Source: an uncultured Gammaproteobacteria bacterium (GTDB lineage: Bacteria > Patescibacteriota > Microgenomatia > UBA8517). From it: 64,000 nt of DNA. The stretch is taken from the NCBI GenBank assembly GCA_964427735.1, contig CAYRUS010000001.1, positions 666,756 through 730,755 of the forward strand. Direction: 5' to 3'. Both the position numbers and the translations under genes were made by a program. This document shows, piece by piece, positions 9,848-19,430 of the stretch; position 1 is the stretch's first letter, and every line of letters begins with the position of its first letter. The notes under the pieces are model-generated. The model was given only the letters and a program-made list of their open reading frames with translations. It was not told the origin of the DNA and ran no database searches.

Positions 9848-12184
9848 ATGCCTATCGAAAGTGGAATTGATATAAATTTAATAATTTTGTTGCTGCTGGT
9901 ACTGGGATTGCTAATCCTGGTGCTTGTTGTAATTGGTGTTGTTTTGTTTACACTGTTTCGTTGGAGAGGAAGAGAGGAGCGTTCTATTGATTCAGTACTG
10001 CTTCAAATTGCTGTTCCTAAAACAAATGAAATAAAAATTGATGCAATGGAACAAATGTTTGCTTCCCTTTACTCTATCAAAAAGGGTGGATGGAAACAAA
10101 GATTTAGTGTTCAGCCAACAATAAGTTTCGAAATAGTTGCCAGAAAAGAAGATATCCGCTTTTATGTATGGACCCCAAAAAAACTTCAGGATTTAATAGA
10201 AAAACAAATTCATGGTGCTTATCCCGATGCGGAAATTTCTATGATCGATGAATACAATGTTTTCACTCAGGATGGAAAAGTGGCTTATAAATCATTGCAA
10301 TTAAGGAAACCTAACTTTTATCCGATGAAAGTTTTCAGAGAGTTACCTACAGATCCTCTTGCTGCTATCACTTCTGCACTAGCCAAAATGGGTGAAGGAG
10401 AAGCAGCAGTTTTGCAAATATTAATCTCTCCTGCTGAAAGTGATTGGCAAAAAGAAGGTAGAAGCTTCATCTCTGGAACAAAGAAAGATGAATCAAATCC
10501 AGAAAAAGCTAGTTACAAAGTACCTGCAAAAACATTGGAAGCTGTGGAGAACAAAATATCAAAACCTGGTTTTGAAACAAGCATTCGAATTGTTACTGTT
10601 GCTCCTACAAAAGATGCAGCAAGTGCACATTTGTCGAATATCTCTAGTGCTTTTGAGCAATTCTCAGGAGATTTAAATGGGTTGGGGTCAAGAAAAATAA
10701 GAAGAAAAGGTGCTTTCATGGAAGATTTTATTTATCGGTACCAGCCAATGTTCCATTTTTGGAAAAACAAAAAAACCATATTAAATTCTGAAGAATTAGC
10801 TACAATATTTCATTTTCCCAATAGGCAAATCACAACGCCTCATATTTTCTGGCTATATGCGAAGACTGCACCAGCACCAGCTGAAATACCCTCAGAAGGA
10901 CTATATATAGGTATGAGTAGATTCAGAGGTGCTCAAAAACCTGTTTATATAAGTCGCGATGATAGAAGAAGACACGTATACATAATAGGAAAAACAGGTA
11001 CAGGAAAATCAGAACTCCTTAAAGATATGATATTGCAGGATATTTATAACGGTGAGGGAGTTTGTTTTATGGATCCTCACGGTGAAGCCGTAAAGGATTT
11101 ATTGGAAATGATACCTCCGGAACGTGCAGAGGATGTGATTTATTTCAATCCTGCAGATTCCGAGCGTCCTATGGGACTTAATCTTCTAGAAGCTCAAACT
11201 GAAGAGCAGAAGCATTTTGCAGCAACAGCTGTAATAAACATGATGTACAAACTTTTTGATCCGCACAAGACAGGTATTGTAGGTCCTCGTTTCGAACACG
11301 CTGTTAGGAATGCAATGTTAACAGTAATGGCTGAACCAGGGAGTACATTTGTAGAACTTATGAGAGTCTTACAAGATCCGCGTTTTGTTCAAGAGTTATT
11401 GCCGAAGGTAGATGATCCTATTGTCAGGCGTTACTGGACTGATCAAATTGCGCAGACATCAGACTTTCATAAGTCAGAGGTTCTAGATTACATTACCTCT
11501 AAATTTGGTCGCTTTGTTACAAATAAAGTTATCAGAAACATAATTGGACAGTCACAGTCGTCATTTTCTTTCAGGGAAGTTATGGATAACAGAAAAATAT
11601 TGTTTGTTAACCTTTCCAAAGGAGAATTAGGTGAAGAGAACTCAAACTTTTTAGGGTTGATTTTGGTACCCAGAATATTAATGGCAGCACTTTCAAGAGA
11701 GGATATGCCAAAAGAGCAAAGGCAAGACTTTTATCTTTACGTAGACGAGTTTCAGAATTTTGCCACTCCTGATTTTTCACAAATATTATCTGAAGCCCGA
11801 AAGTATAAATTAAGCTTAACAGTAGCTAACCAGTTTATCGGACAAGTTGATGAGGAAGTTAAGAATGCAATTTTTGGAAATGTAGGGTCAATAATGACAT
11901 TTAGAGTTGGCGTTACAGATGCAAATTATTTAGCACATGAGTTTAAGCCTGTATTTACAGAAGAAGACTTATTAAATATCGATAAGTTTAATATTTATAT
12001 GAAGACAATTGTTGGTAATGAACCTGTTCCACCTTTTTCTGTTGATTTAACTAAAGACATGAGTAAACAAGAATCTTTGTCCAATAAACGTGTAGCTGAG
12101 ATAATCAAAGAGATGAGTAGACTTAAGTATGGACGAGATAAAAGATTGGTAGAAACCGAGCTATCAAGAAGAGCAAAACTTTAA
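9848..12184 (+). CDS. Membrane-anchored VirD4/TraD-HerA-like P-loop ATPase
   Basis: GKTGTGKS Walker A, MDPHG, YVDEFQNF Walker B, SEARKY, ANQ. Confidence 0.85.
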   Translation: MPIESGIDINLIILLLLVLGLLILVLVVIGVVLFTLFRWRGREERSIDSVLLQIAVPKTNEIKIDAMEQMFASLYSIKKGGWKQRFSVQPTISFEIVARKEDIRFYVWTPKKLQDLIEKQIHGAYPDAEISMIDEYNVFTQDGKVAYKSLQLRKPNFYPMKVFRELPTDPLAAITSALAKMGEGEAAVLQILISPAESDWQKEGRSFISGTKKDESNPEKASYKVPAKTLEAVENKISKPGFETSIRIVTVAPTKDAASAHLSNISSAFEQFSGDLNGLGSRKIRRKGAFMEDFIYRYQPMFHFWKNKKTILNSEELATIFHFPNRQITTPHIFWLYAKTAPAPAEIPSEGLYIGMSRFRGAQKPVYISRDDRRRHVYIIGKTGTGKSELLKDMILQDIYNGEGVCFMDPHGEAVKDLLEMIPPERAEDVIYFNPADSERPMGLNLLEAQTEEQKHFAATAVINMMYKLFDPHKTGIVGPRFEHAVRNAMLTVMAEPGSTFVELMRVLQDPRFVQELLPKVDDPIVRRYWTDQIAQTSDFHKSEVLDYITSKFGRFVTNKVIRNIIGQSQSSFSFREVMDNRKILFVNLSKGELGEENSNFLGLILVPRILMAALSREDMPKEQRQDFYLYVDEFQNFATPDFSQILSEARKYKLSLTVANQFIGQVDEEVKNAIFGNVGSIMTFRVGVTDANYLAHEFKPVFTEEDLLNIDKFNIYMKTIVGNEPVPPFSVDLTKDMSKQESLSNKRVAEIIKEMSRLKYGRDKRLVETELSRRAKL

Positions 12185-12219
12185 ATTGAATAATTTAGGT
12201 GATATAATTTAGCCTTAAA

Positions 12220-12292
12220 GGGCCGGTAACTCAGTGGTTAGAGTGCCAATCTTATAAGTTGGAAGTCGATGGTTCGAATCCATCCCGGCCCA
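12220..12292 (+). tRNA. tRNA-Ile(TAT)
   Basis: GGGCCGG/CCGGCCC acceptor stem, CCAAT-CTTATAA-GTTGG anticodon arm, GGTTCGAATCC T arm; TATAAT upstream. Confidence 0.9.
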
Positions 12293-12376
12293 CTCAAATA
12301 CTTTTTAATTTACATTAATAAGTCGTGTAGGTGGCAACTAGTGACAGGAGAATATAGATAAGTACTTTGCTGAAAC

Positions 12377-13003
12377 TTAACCATCACTTTCAAGTAGTCC
12401 TACTAAATCTTTGTGAACTTTTCCATTGGAAATAACTGCACCATTTATATCGCCATCATATCGCTGTTCATTTCAAAACAAGTAAGTCACTTTTCCTCCA
12501 GCCTCTTCAACGATAACTTTAACTGAGACCATATCCACTGCCTTTCCCTTCGTACCAGCAAAAACACAAGTATCATATTGTCCAGATGCCACTAAACAAT
12601 AAGCATTGATAACACAACCAAGATGAAGAACATAGCAATTTGATTTCATGGAAAGATTATGCAAAGGCGGATCAATGTCGTACTTTGCTTCTGACCACCA
12701 TTCAAAGTTAATAACAGAATGTCTAGTCAATGTGTTTTTACTTTTAATGGTTGGTCATTGAGGAAGGCTCTTTCGCCTTTTATTGCTGTATAAAGTCGCT
12801 TCGTAAAAGGGTCATAAACTACTCCGAGAAGAGGTTGACCATCTTTCTTCTTTAATTACCAACTCATTTATCTCCTCGTCTGCAGTGGTAACAATTGTTA
12901 AGGTTTCCTTCTCTCTATACTGCGTTTCGGTATGAAAGTGATTGAGCATGATTCATCCTGCCCGCAGTGCAACTTCTTTTGCAAAATTAAGATCATCATT
13001 CAT
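12377..13003 (-). pseudogene. Inositol monophosphatase-family pseudogene
   Basis: Fragments FAKEVALRAG*, IVTTADEEINE, LGVVYDPF, VEEAGGKVT, ISNG are split by a stop codon, frameshifts and an internal deletion (no DPIDGT). Confidence 0.8.
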
Positions 13004-13073
13004 GTTGTTGCCATTATATCAGGAGTTGCGTATTTCAGTGTGCAGTTATAGAAGTGAATTATAAATTGGCAGG

Positions 13074-13937
13074 TTACAATTCCGCAAGTTCTTGTTTTTT
13101 CCCTGGTTCCTTGACCTCAGCTAGTTCAAGATATCTTTCCGTAGTTGAAAGTCTCTTGTGTCCAACAATTTGAGAAAGAAGAACTAAATCAACTCCGGCT
13201 TTAAGATTTTCAACAACAAATGTTGTTCTCAAATCATTCACTGAGTAATTAGGAATCCCTGCCTTTTCCATGTATCGATCGATTGCAGCACGTATATTTC
13301 TTACTGCTAGAGGTCTTCCGTTTTTACTTACAAACAAGAATGGAGAATCAGTTTCTGGTCGTACTTTAAGGTAATTTTCTATAGCTTCTCGAGCAGGTTT
13401 ATTTAAAGGAACTTCTCTTTTGGGTTGAGTTGCATAAGCTTCAATAGTAAGCTTGTCTCCCTTGATGTTTTCTCGTTTTAGGTTTGCTACTTCACTAATT
13501 CGCATACCTGTTTGCAAAATTAGTTCGACAATTGCGGCCACTCTGTGGTCATCTCGAACTACATCTCTTAAAGCACGGTATTCAAGAGGAGAAAGAAACT
13601 TAGGTAAAGAAGGCTCAATTTTTGGATGGGCAACAGTGTCTGAAGGATCCCTACTCAAAAATCCTTCTCGTACTAAGTATCTGAAAAAAGTTTTTACAGC
13701 ATTTAACTTTCTGGAAACAGATTTTGGTGTGTATTTTTGAGTAAGCAATTCGTCTCTAAATGCTGCAATATTGTCTTCTGTGACATTATTTGCCACCACG
13801 ACATTCTTGCCCTGTAGAAAGTTAATTAGCTGTTCTATATCCGCCTTGTAAGCTAGTATTGTAGACGGGGAACGACCTTTATTTTCTAGGTTGTCTATAA
13901 ATTTAGGTAATAATTCTTTTACTGTTTCGTCAGCCAT
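13074..13937 (-). CDS. XerC/XerD-like tyrosine recombinase
   Basis: SAM-like N-domain; TGMRISE, NDLR, VGH, TTERY. Confidence 0.9.
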   Translation of the reverse strand: MADETVKELLPKFIDNLENKGRSPSTILAYKADIEQLINFLQGKNVVVANNVTEDNIAAFRDELLTQKYTPKSVSRKLNAVKTFFRYLVREGFLSRDPSDTVAHPKIEPSLPKFLSPLEYRALRDVVRDDHRVAAIVELILQTGMRISEVANLKRENIKGDKLTIEAYATQPKREVPLNKPAREAIENYLKVRPETDSPFLFVSKNGRPLAVRNIRAAIDRYMEKAGIPNYSVNDLRTTFVVENLKAGVDLVLLSQIVGHKRLSTTERYLELAEVKEPGKKQELAEL

Positions 13938-14083
13938 GTAAACTGTTATTTAGCTTTTAGAAGTTTTATTTCTAAAATGTAATTGTTGATAGTATAAAAC
14001 TATATTCTTAGTAGTATAATAACATAATCTCAGTATACGTCAATATATTATAAGTCAATTTTCGTCAGAAAAATGTAAGTAAA

Positions 14084-14464
14084 ATGTATGAAGGCATAAA
14101 ACAGGTTTTTGAAAGATATGCAAAGTATTCCATATTTTTGCTTTTAGCAGTACTGCTAGCATCACTTTTTAATAATGTTAAGAAAGTAAAAGAAGCAAAA
14201 GATAGGGTAGAGTTAGTAAAAGATAGAGTTGAACAGCTGAGAAAAGAGAATGATGAGTTAAAAAAGAATTTGGAAAAAGTTCAGAGCCAAGAGTTTTTGG
14301 ATACACAACTAAGAGATGAACTAGGGTATGTTAAAGAGGGCGAAATAGTTGTAGTTCTTCCGGAGGATACAGAATTTTTGAAAAATCTTGCCCCAGAAGT
14401 TAAAAATACACAAACAGTAATGCCTGATCCAAATTGGAAGAAGTGGTTAAAACTGTTTATCTGA
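14084..14464 (+). CDS. Septum formation initiator (FtsB/DivIC family)
   Basis: TM helix + coiled coil + LRDELGYVKEGE. Confidence 0.8.
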   Translation: MYEGIKQVFERYAKYSIFLLLAVLLASLFNNVKKVKEAKDRVELVKDRVEQLRKENDELKKNLEKVQSQEFLDTQLRDELGYVKEGEIVVVLPEDTEFLKNLAPEVKNTQTVMPDPNWKKWLKLFI

Positions 14465-14470
14465 ACTGTG

Positions 14471-14540
14471 TTGCGGGGCTAGGAGTCGAACCTAGTCTGG
14501 AAGATTATGAGCCTTCCGTGCAGCCGTACACTACCCCGCA
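14471..14540 (-). tRNA. tRNA-Met(CAT), possibly an atypical initiator
   Basis: TGCGGGG/CCCCGCA acceptor stem, loop CTCATAA, GGTTCGACTCC. Confidence 0.85.
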
Positions 14541-14680
14541 TGTCATAAAACAAAAACTATTGTTTAAAAAAGCCTCAATTTGAGGCTGTTTATATTATAC
14601 CAGAGATTATGTATGCTTCAAGAAGGGTTATTCCGAGAGACCTTTCTTATGTTGGGGAATTTTGGTAGAATAAGCCTGCT

Positions 14681-14754
14681 GCCAGCGTAGCTCAGTTGGT
14701 TAGAGCGTGGGATTCATAAACCCAAGGTCGGAGGTTCGATCCCTCCCGCTGGCA
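14681..14754 (+). tRNA. tRNA-Met(CAT), probably the elongator
   Basis: GCCAGCG/CGCTGGC acceptor stem, loop TTCATAA, GGTTCGATCCC. Confidence 0.88.
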
Positions 14755-14764
14755 CATATTGTAT

Positions 14765-14905
14765 TTGCTAATTAAAAATGTCTAACTTATAATATGCACA
14801 CATGATAACAGTTGCAAACTGGCATTACTTGAAATTCTCCTAACGGGGGCTAGTTTCCAGTGGCCAAAAGGCAATTTTTAACAGACCTCCGAAAGGAGGT
14901 TTTTT
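14765..14905 (+). promoter_or_regulatory. Promoter + Trp leader peptide + attenuator terminator
   Basis: TTGCTA-17bp-TATAAT; ORF 14802-14843 MITVANWHYLKFS; terminator ACCTCC-GAAA-GGAGGT followed by a T run. Confidence 0.65.
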
Positions 14906-14912
14906 AATTGTT

Positions 14913-15614
14913 ATGAGAAACAAAAAAACAATCGGAATAATAGGCGGTATGGGTCCTTTTGCTTCATGCCGGATGGTTGACATGGTGCTGAAGGTGTCTC
15001 GTGATATGTGTGGTGCAAAAAAAGACGAAGATTTTCCGGAAATCTTGCTAATCTCCATTCCTGTTAAAAATTTCTATTTAAATACTAGTAACTCGATACA
15101 GGTGCTGAATGAAATCAATTCAAAAGTAAAGATATTTAAAGAAGGAAAAGTTGAAGTATTCGGAATTGCCTGCAATATTGCACACTTAATTGCTGACAAA
15201 ATTAATATACCAGATGGTGTTGAATTTGTATCAATTATTAATGCTACGGTAAATGAGGTAGAAAGTATTAGTATTAAGAAAGTCGGCTTACTGGCTTCTC
15301 CTGTGACAATTGAATCTCGACTATATCAGGATGCGTTGGAGAAAAAAGGCATTAAGGTAATACTTCCAAACAGACAACAGATTAGTAAGTTAGGGAAAAT
15401 AATCGAGGAATTAGTATCCTTACGAAACGAAAAGAAGAACAGACAGTTGTTAAAAGAAATATCAGAATTTTTAGTTGCAAATGGTGCAGAAGCAATTATT
15501 TTAGGTTGTACAGAATTACCACTGGCTTTTCCTAACAAAAACAGTTTTCCTGTAATCAATACGATAGAAGTTTTAGCAAATAAATTAACCGAAAAATGTT
15601 ATATTAGTAACTAA
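14913..15614 (+). CDS. Aspartate/glutamate racemase family protein
   Basis: IGIIGGMGP, IACN, ILGCTELP. Confidence 0.9.
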   Translation: MRNKKTIGIIGGMGPFASCRMVDMVLKVSRDMCGAKKDEDFPEILLISIPVKNFYLNTSNSIQVLNEINSKVKIFKEGKVEVFGIACNIAHLIADKINIPDGVEFVSIINATVNEVESISIKKVGLLASPVTIESRLYQDALEKKGIKVILPNRQQISKLGKIIEELVSLRNEKKNRQLLKEISEFLVANGAEAIILGCTELPLAFPNKNSFPVINTIEVLANKLTEKCYISN

Positions 15615-15615
15615 G

Positions 15616-16641
15616 ATGGTAAAAAGAGTATTAGCTGGTATGCGTCCCTCGAACGCGTTGCATATTGGCAATTATTTAGGGGCAGCAAAAGGGATGATTG
15701 CACTACAAGATGGTCCTGACTACGAGACTTTCTATATGGTTGCAGATTTACATGCAATTACAACACCATATGACAATAGTAAGCTTAGTGAAGCTGTCCA
15801 AAATGTAGTTTTAGATTATCTTGCTGCAGGACTTAATCCTGAAAAATCTACAATATTTATCCAATCACATGTTCCTGAACATACTGAACTAGCTTATCTG
15901 CTTTCCACTAGTATGACTGTAGCAAGAATGCAACATCTTCCAACATTCAAAGAAAAGGTTAAACAATTTCCTGATAACGTAACCATGGCATTGCTTAATT
16001 ATCCTGTGTTAATGTCAGCTGACATTTTGCTTTACAAAGCAGAGCTTGTTCCTGTCGGAATTGATCAAGAACCTCATTTGGAAATTGCAAGAGAGATTGC
16101 TAGAAAAATGAACAATGAATATAGTACTGATTTTCCTGAACCAAAAAGGTTTGCCACACAAGGTGAATATGTACCTTCACTTACAGGTGAAGGTAAGATG
16201 AGTAAGTCTGTGCCAGGAAGCTATATTGCTTTAACAGATGATTTGGAAACAATAAAAAAGAGACTTGCTGCTACTCCTACTGATTCTGGGAGTGGAGAAA
16301 TTAAAATAGATAAAAATGATAATAAAAAGTATATAGACAAATCAGGGAGTGAATCACCAGGAGTGGCAACTTTGATGACATTAGTAGAGTTATTTGAAGC
16401 AGAGGATAAAAGGAGTGAATATGAAGATGCATACCAGTCGACAGGAATAAGATACAAAGACCTAAAAGAAAAATTATCAGAGGCAATTTATGAGGAAATT
16501 AAACCAACCCAAGAGAGAAGAAAGGAACTGGAAAGGGATAAAGACTATATAGATAAAATTTTAAAAGAAGGAGCTGGAAAAGCAAGGGAAGTTGCCAAGC
16601 AAAACATACTTGAAGTTAAAGAAAAGATGGGACTCGGTTAA
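15616..16641 (+). CDS. trpS: Tryptophan--tRNA ligase
   Basis: HIGN, VADLHAIT, VPVGIDQ, KMSKS. Confidence 0.96.
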   Translation: MVKRVLAGMRPSNALHIGNYLGAAKGMIALQDGPDYETFYMVADLHAITTPYDNSKLSEAVQNVVLDYLAAGLNPEKSTIFIQSHVPEHTELAYLLSTSMTVARMQHLPTFKEKVKQFPDNVTMALLNYPVLMSADILLYKAELVPVGIDQEPHLEIAREIARKMNNEYSTDFPEPKRFATQGEYVPSLTGEGKMSKSVPGSYIALTDDLETIKKRLAATPTDSGSGEIKIDKNDNKKYIDKSGSESPGVATLMTLVELFEAEDKRSEYEDAYQSTGIRYKDLKEKLSEAIYEEIKPTQERRKELERDKDYIDKILKEGAGKAREVAKQNILEVKEKMGLG

Positions 16642-16810
16642 TCTTTTAAATTACTCCAAATCTGATAAAACTGGTTTCGTTCAAAATCTGCAATTTCTTT
16701 GTGCTCGATTATTGTCCCATTTAAGGTGTCATAAGAAATAATTGCAACGGAATTGTTAAAAACTAGTTTATCAATATAGTTTATTTCTAAAAAGTGATGG
16801 TTTAGTTGTA
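16638..16810 (-). pseudogene. Remnant C-terminus of a TrmB-like regulator
   Basis: Frame reads FLEINYIDKLVFNNSVAIISYDTLNGTIIEHKEIADFERNQFYQIWSNLKD* with no intact N-terminus. Confidence 0.45.
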
Positions 16811-16878
16811 CAACACGAATCGGCTAAAAGCGGAAATTACAAAGAGGTAGTCTGCATGTTATCTTCTTCATCTTTACT

Positions 16879-17250
16879 ATGTCAAGTGTATTATGTTATA
16901 AAAGGCACATGCAAAATATAAATTTTGATGATTTTGCGAAAATTGACATACGTGTCGGGGAAGTTATTGATGCGGAGGACGTAGAGGGAAGTGATAAGCT
17001 TATTAAGCAAACAGTTGATTTTGGAGAGTTGGGAAAAAGAACAATTCTGTCTGGAATAAAAAAATGGTATAAGCCAAATGACCTTATAGGTAAAAAACTT
17101 CTTTATGTAACTAATTTAGAACCAAAGGAAATGTTTGGTTTCCAGTCTCAAGGAATGCTTTTGGCAGGAATAAAAGAGGATCAAGAAGAAAAAGAAGCAG
17201 TGCTAATACACGCTGATAACAGTTTGGAAATAGGAGCGAAAGTTGTATAA
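16879..17250 (+). CDS. tRNA-binding OB-fold protein (MetRS C-terminal/Trbp111/CsaA family)
   Basis: FDDFAKIDIRVG, SDKL, NLEP, SQGMLL; probable start MQNIN. Confidence 0.9.
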   Translation: MSSVLCYKRHMQNINFDDFAKIDIRVGEVIDAEDVEGSDKLIKQTVDFGELGKRTILSGIKKWYKPNDLIGKKLLYVTNLEPKEMFGFQSQGMLLAGIKEDQEEKEAVLIHADNSLEIGAKVV

Positions 17251-17332
17251 AAATTGAATTAGCACTTGGCTGTCTTATTTGCTAAACTGATTACTAGTGA
17301 TATAATGCTTGCGTATTGAAAAAAACTAACAA

Positions 17333-19216
17333 ATGGATCCCATCAAAAACATCAAAAATTTAAAACAAAAAGACAAAAAGGGAAAAAATAAATTCAAATT
17401 TAAATTCAAAATCAATCTCTGGACAGTGGTAATTATTGGTTTGATGATTCTTTTTTTTATGCCTTTTATCTTCAGTTTAGGCAATTTTTCTCAAAGTGAT
17501 AATAAGATAGAGATTTCTCAACTGCTTACAGACATTAGAGAAGGTAGAGTAGAGAGCGTTGAGATTCAAAACGAAAGAGTGATAGCAAAATTTGAAAATG
17601 GTGAAGAAAAAACTGCAATTAAAGAACAGAGTGAAAGTTTTGCAGATCTTCTGGAAAAGTCAGGTCTGAATCCTGCTGATGTTAATTACACTGTAGTAGA
17701 TCAATCATTTGCCAGAGCTTTTGGAGATATAATTAGTATTCTTTTACCTCTTGGAATAATGGCTGCCTTTTTCTTCTTTATTATTCGGGCGCAAAGTAAA
17801 GGGGCTCAAGACATATTCTCTTTTGGAAGAAGTAAAGCAAAATTGTTTGCTAAAGGTAAGCAGGATGTAAATTTTGATGACGTGGCTGGTGTTGAGGATG
17901 CTAAAAAGGAGCTTGAGGAGGTTGTAGACTTTCTTAAAAACCCTGCAAAATACAGAAAAATTGGAGCTCGTACTCCAAAAGGTGTTCTATTGGTTGGTCC
18001 TGCCGGTGTTGGTAAAACTCTACTTGCTAGAGCTGTAGCAGGTGAGGCAAAAGTACCGTTTTTCTCTATGGCAGGAAGCGAGTTTATGGAGATGCTTGTT
18101 GGTGTTGGTGCAAGCCGTGTAAGAGATCTTTTTGCTAATGCAAAAGCAAGTGCTCCTTCGATAATTTTTATTGATGAAGTTGACGCAATTGGAAGACAAA
18201 GAGGAAGAGGGTTAGTAGGTGGCCATGATGAACGTGAGCAAACTCTTAATCAAATTTTGGTAGAGATGGATGGTTTTACCCCAAATGATAATGTAATTGT
18301 TATTGCTGCAACGAATAGAGGAGATTTGCTTGACCCTGCGCTCTTGCGACCTGGTAGGTTTGATAGGCGTGTGGTATTAGATATGCCAGATAAAGAAGGA
18401 AGAAAATCTATTCTTAAAATCCATGCTAGAGGAAAGAAATTTACAACCAAGATAGATTGGGATAGAGTAGCCAACCGTACAGTAGGATTCTCTGGTGCAG
18501 ACCTTGAGAATATGCTTAATGAGGCCGCCATACAAGCTGCTAGAGCAGGAAAAAAAGAAATTGAAATGAGTGATATAGAAGAAGCTGCAACAAAAGTGAA
18601 ATTAGGACCTGCTAAAAAGAGATTGATGAGCGAAGAGGACAAGAGAATTACAGCCTATCATGAAGCAGGACACGCAATTGTTACCCATATGTTACCCAAA
18701 ATGGATCCAGTACACCAAATTTCGATTGTGGCAAGAGGGATGAGTCTTGGTCATACTCTTATTCCTCCTGCTGCAGATAGACAGCACGAAACTAAAACAA
18801 GAATTCTTCAACAAATATCAGCAATGCTAGGAGGTAGAGCTGCAGAAGAAGTTGTTTTTGATGAAATGACATCAGGTGCTTCAAGTGATATAGAAAAGGC
18901 AACAAAACTGGCACGTGCTATGGTAATAGATTTTGGAATGAGTAAACTAGGTCCTATTGATTTTAATCCTGCTGATGAAGCCGGCAGTAATGGATATTCT
19001 TGGACAGAACAAGGCCAGGTCTCACAGGCTATGCAAGAAAAAATAGATGAAGAAGTTAGAAAAATAATTGAAGATGCGTACAAATTAGCAATTAATATTG
19101 TAAAAAAAGAACGAAAAGTTATGGACAAAGTTGCAGATAAGCTTTTAGAGGACGAAACTCTAGACCGTGAACAATTTGAAAAAATTGTTGGGAAAAAAAC
19201 TGAAGTAGAGAACTAA
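17333..19216 (+). CDS. ftsH: ATP-dependent zinc metalloprotease FtsH
   Basis: [26 protein letters not shown]; two TM helices. Confidence 0.97.
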   Translation: MDPIKNIKNLKQKDKKGKNKFKFKFKINLWTVVIIGLMILFFMPFIFSLGNFSQSDNKIEISQLLTDIREGRVESVEIQNERVIAKFENGEEKTAIKEQSESFADLLEKSGLNPADVNYTVVDQSFARAFGDIISILLPLGIMAAFFFFIIRAQSKGAQDIFSFGRSKAKLFAKGKQDVNFDDVAGVEDAKKELEEVVDFLKNPAKYRKIGARTPKGVLLVGPAGVGKTLLARAVAGEAKVPFFSMAGSEFMEMLVGVGASRVRDLFANAKASAPSIIFIDEVDAIGRQRGRGLVGGHDEREQTLNQILVEMDGFTPNDNVIVIAATNRGDLLDPALLRPGRFDRRVVLDMPDKEGRKSILKIHARGKKFTTKIDWDRVANRTVGFSGADLENMLNEAAIQAARAGKKEIEMSDIEEAATKVKLGPAKKRLMSEEDKRITAYHEAGHAIVTHMLPKMDPVHQISIVARGMSLGHTLIPPAADRQHETKTRILQQISAMLGGRAAEEVVFDEMTSGASSDIEKATKLARAMVIDFGMSKLGPIDFNPADEAGSNGYSWTEQGQVSQAMQEKIDEEVRKIIEDAYKLAINIVKKERKVMDKVADKLLEDETLDREQFEKIVGKKTEVEN

Positions 19217-19430
19217 CTTCCAAGTTTTTGTTAATTAAGTGACCTTTGTTTAGTATGGGTGAATTTTCAGGAGAATTAAAAACCGCAAAAGATATTCTTC
19301 CAGAAAGAACTGCCACCGCAAGACTGTATCCTGTAGAGGACTATTAGAGAGCGAAAAAAATACTTGATAGCAGTAGTAATTCAAGTGAGAAATTTGGTGT
19401 TAAAGAATCATAATTTGATACAATACTTTT

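Noticed and set aside
12377-13003. In-frame TGA as evidence of genetic code 25 (TGA=Gly)
   Set aside because: The same gene has frameshifts and a deletion; intact genes such as nrdR end in TGA and long ORFs are uninterrupted
9848-13937. ICE made of VirD4-like ATPase, tRNA-Ile and tyrosine recombinase
   Set aside because: No att duplication of the tRNA, no relaxase, host-like composition, and the recombinase looks Xer-like
14800-14905. T-box leader for trpS
   Set aside because: Too short and lacks the T-box UGGnACC motif and stem I; a leader-peptide model fits better
16631-16641. GACTCGGTTAA identical to part of the 7611 hairpin arm
   Set aside because: It is the last codons of trpS with no matching partner arm; probably chance
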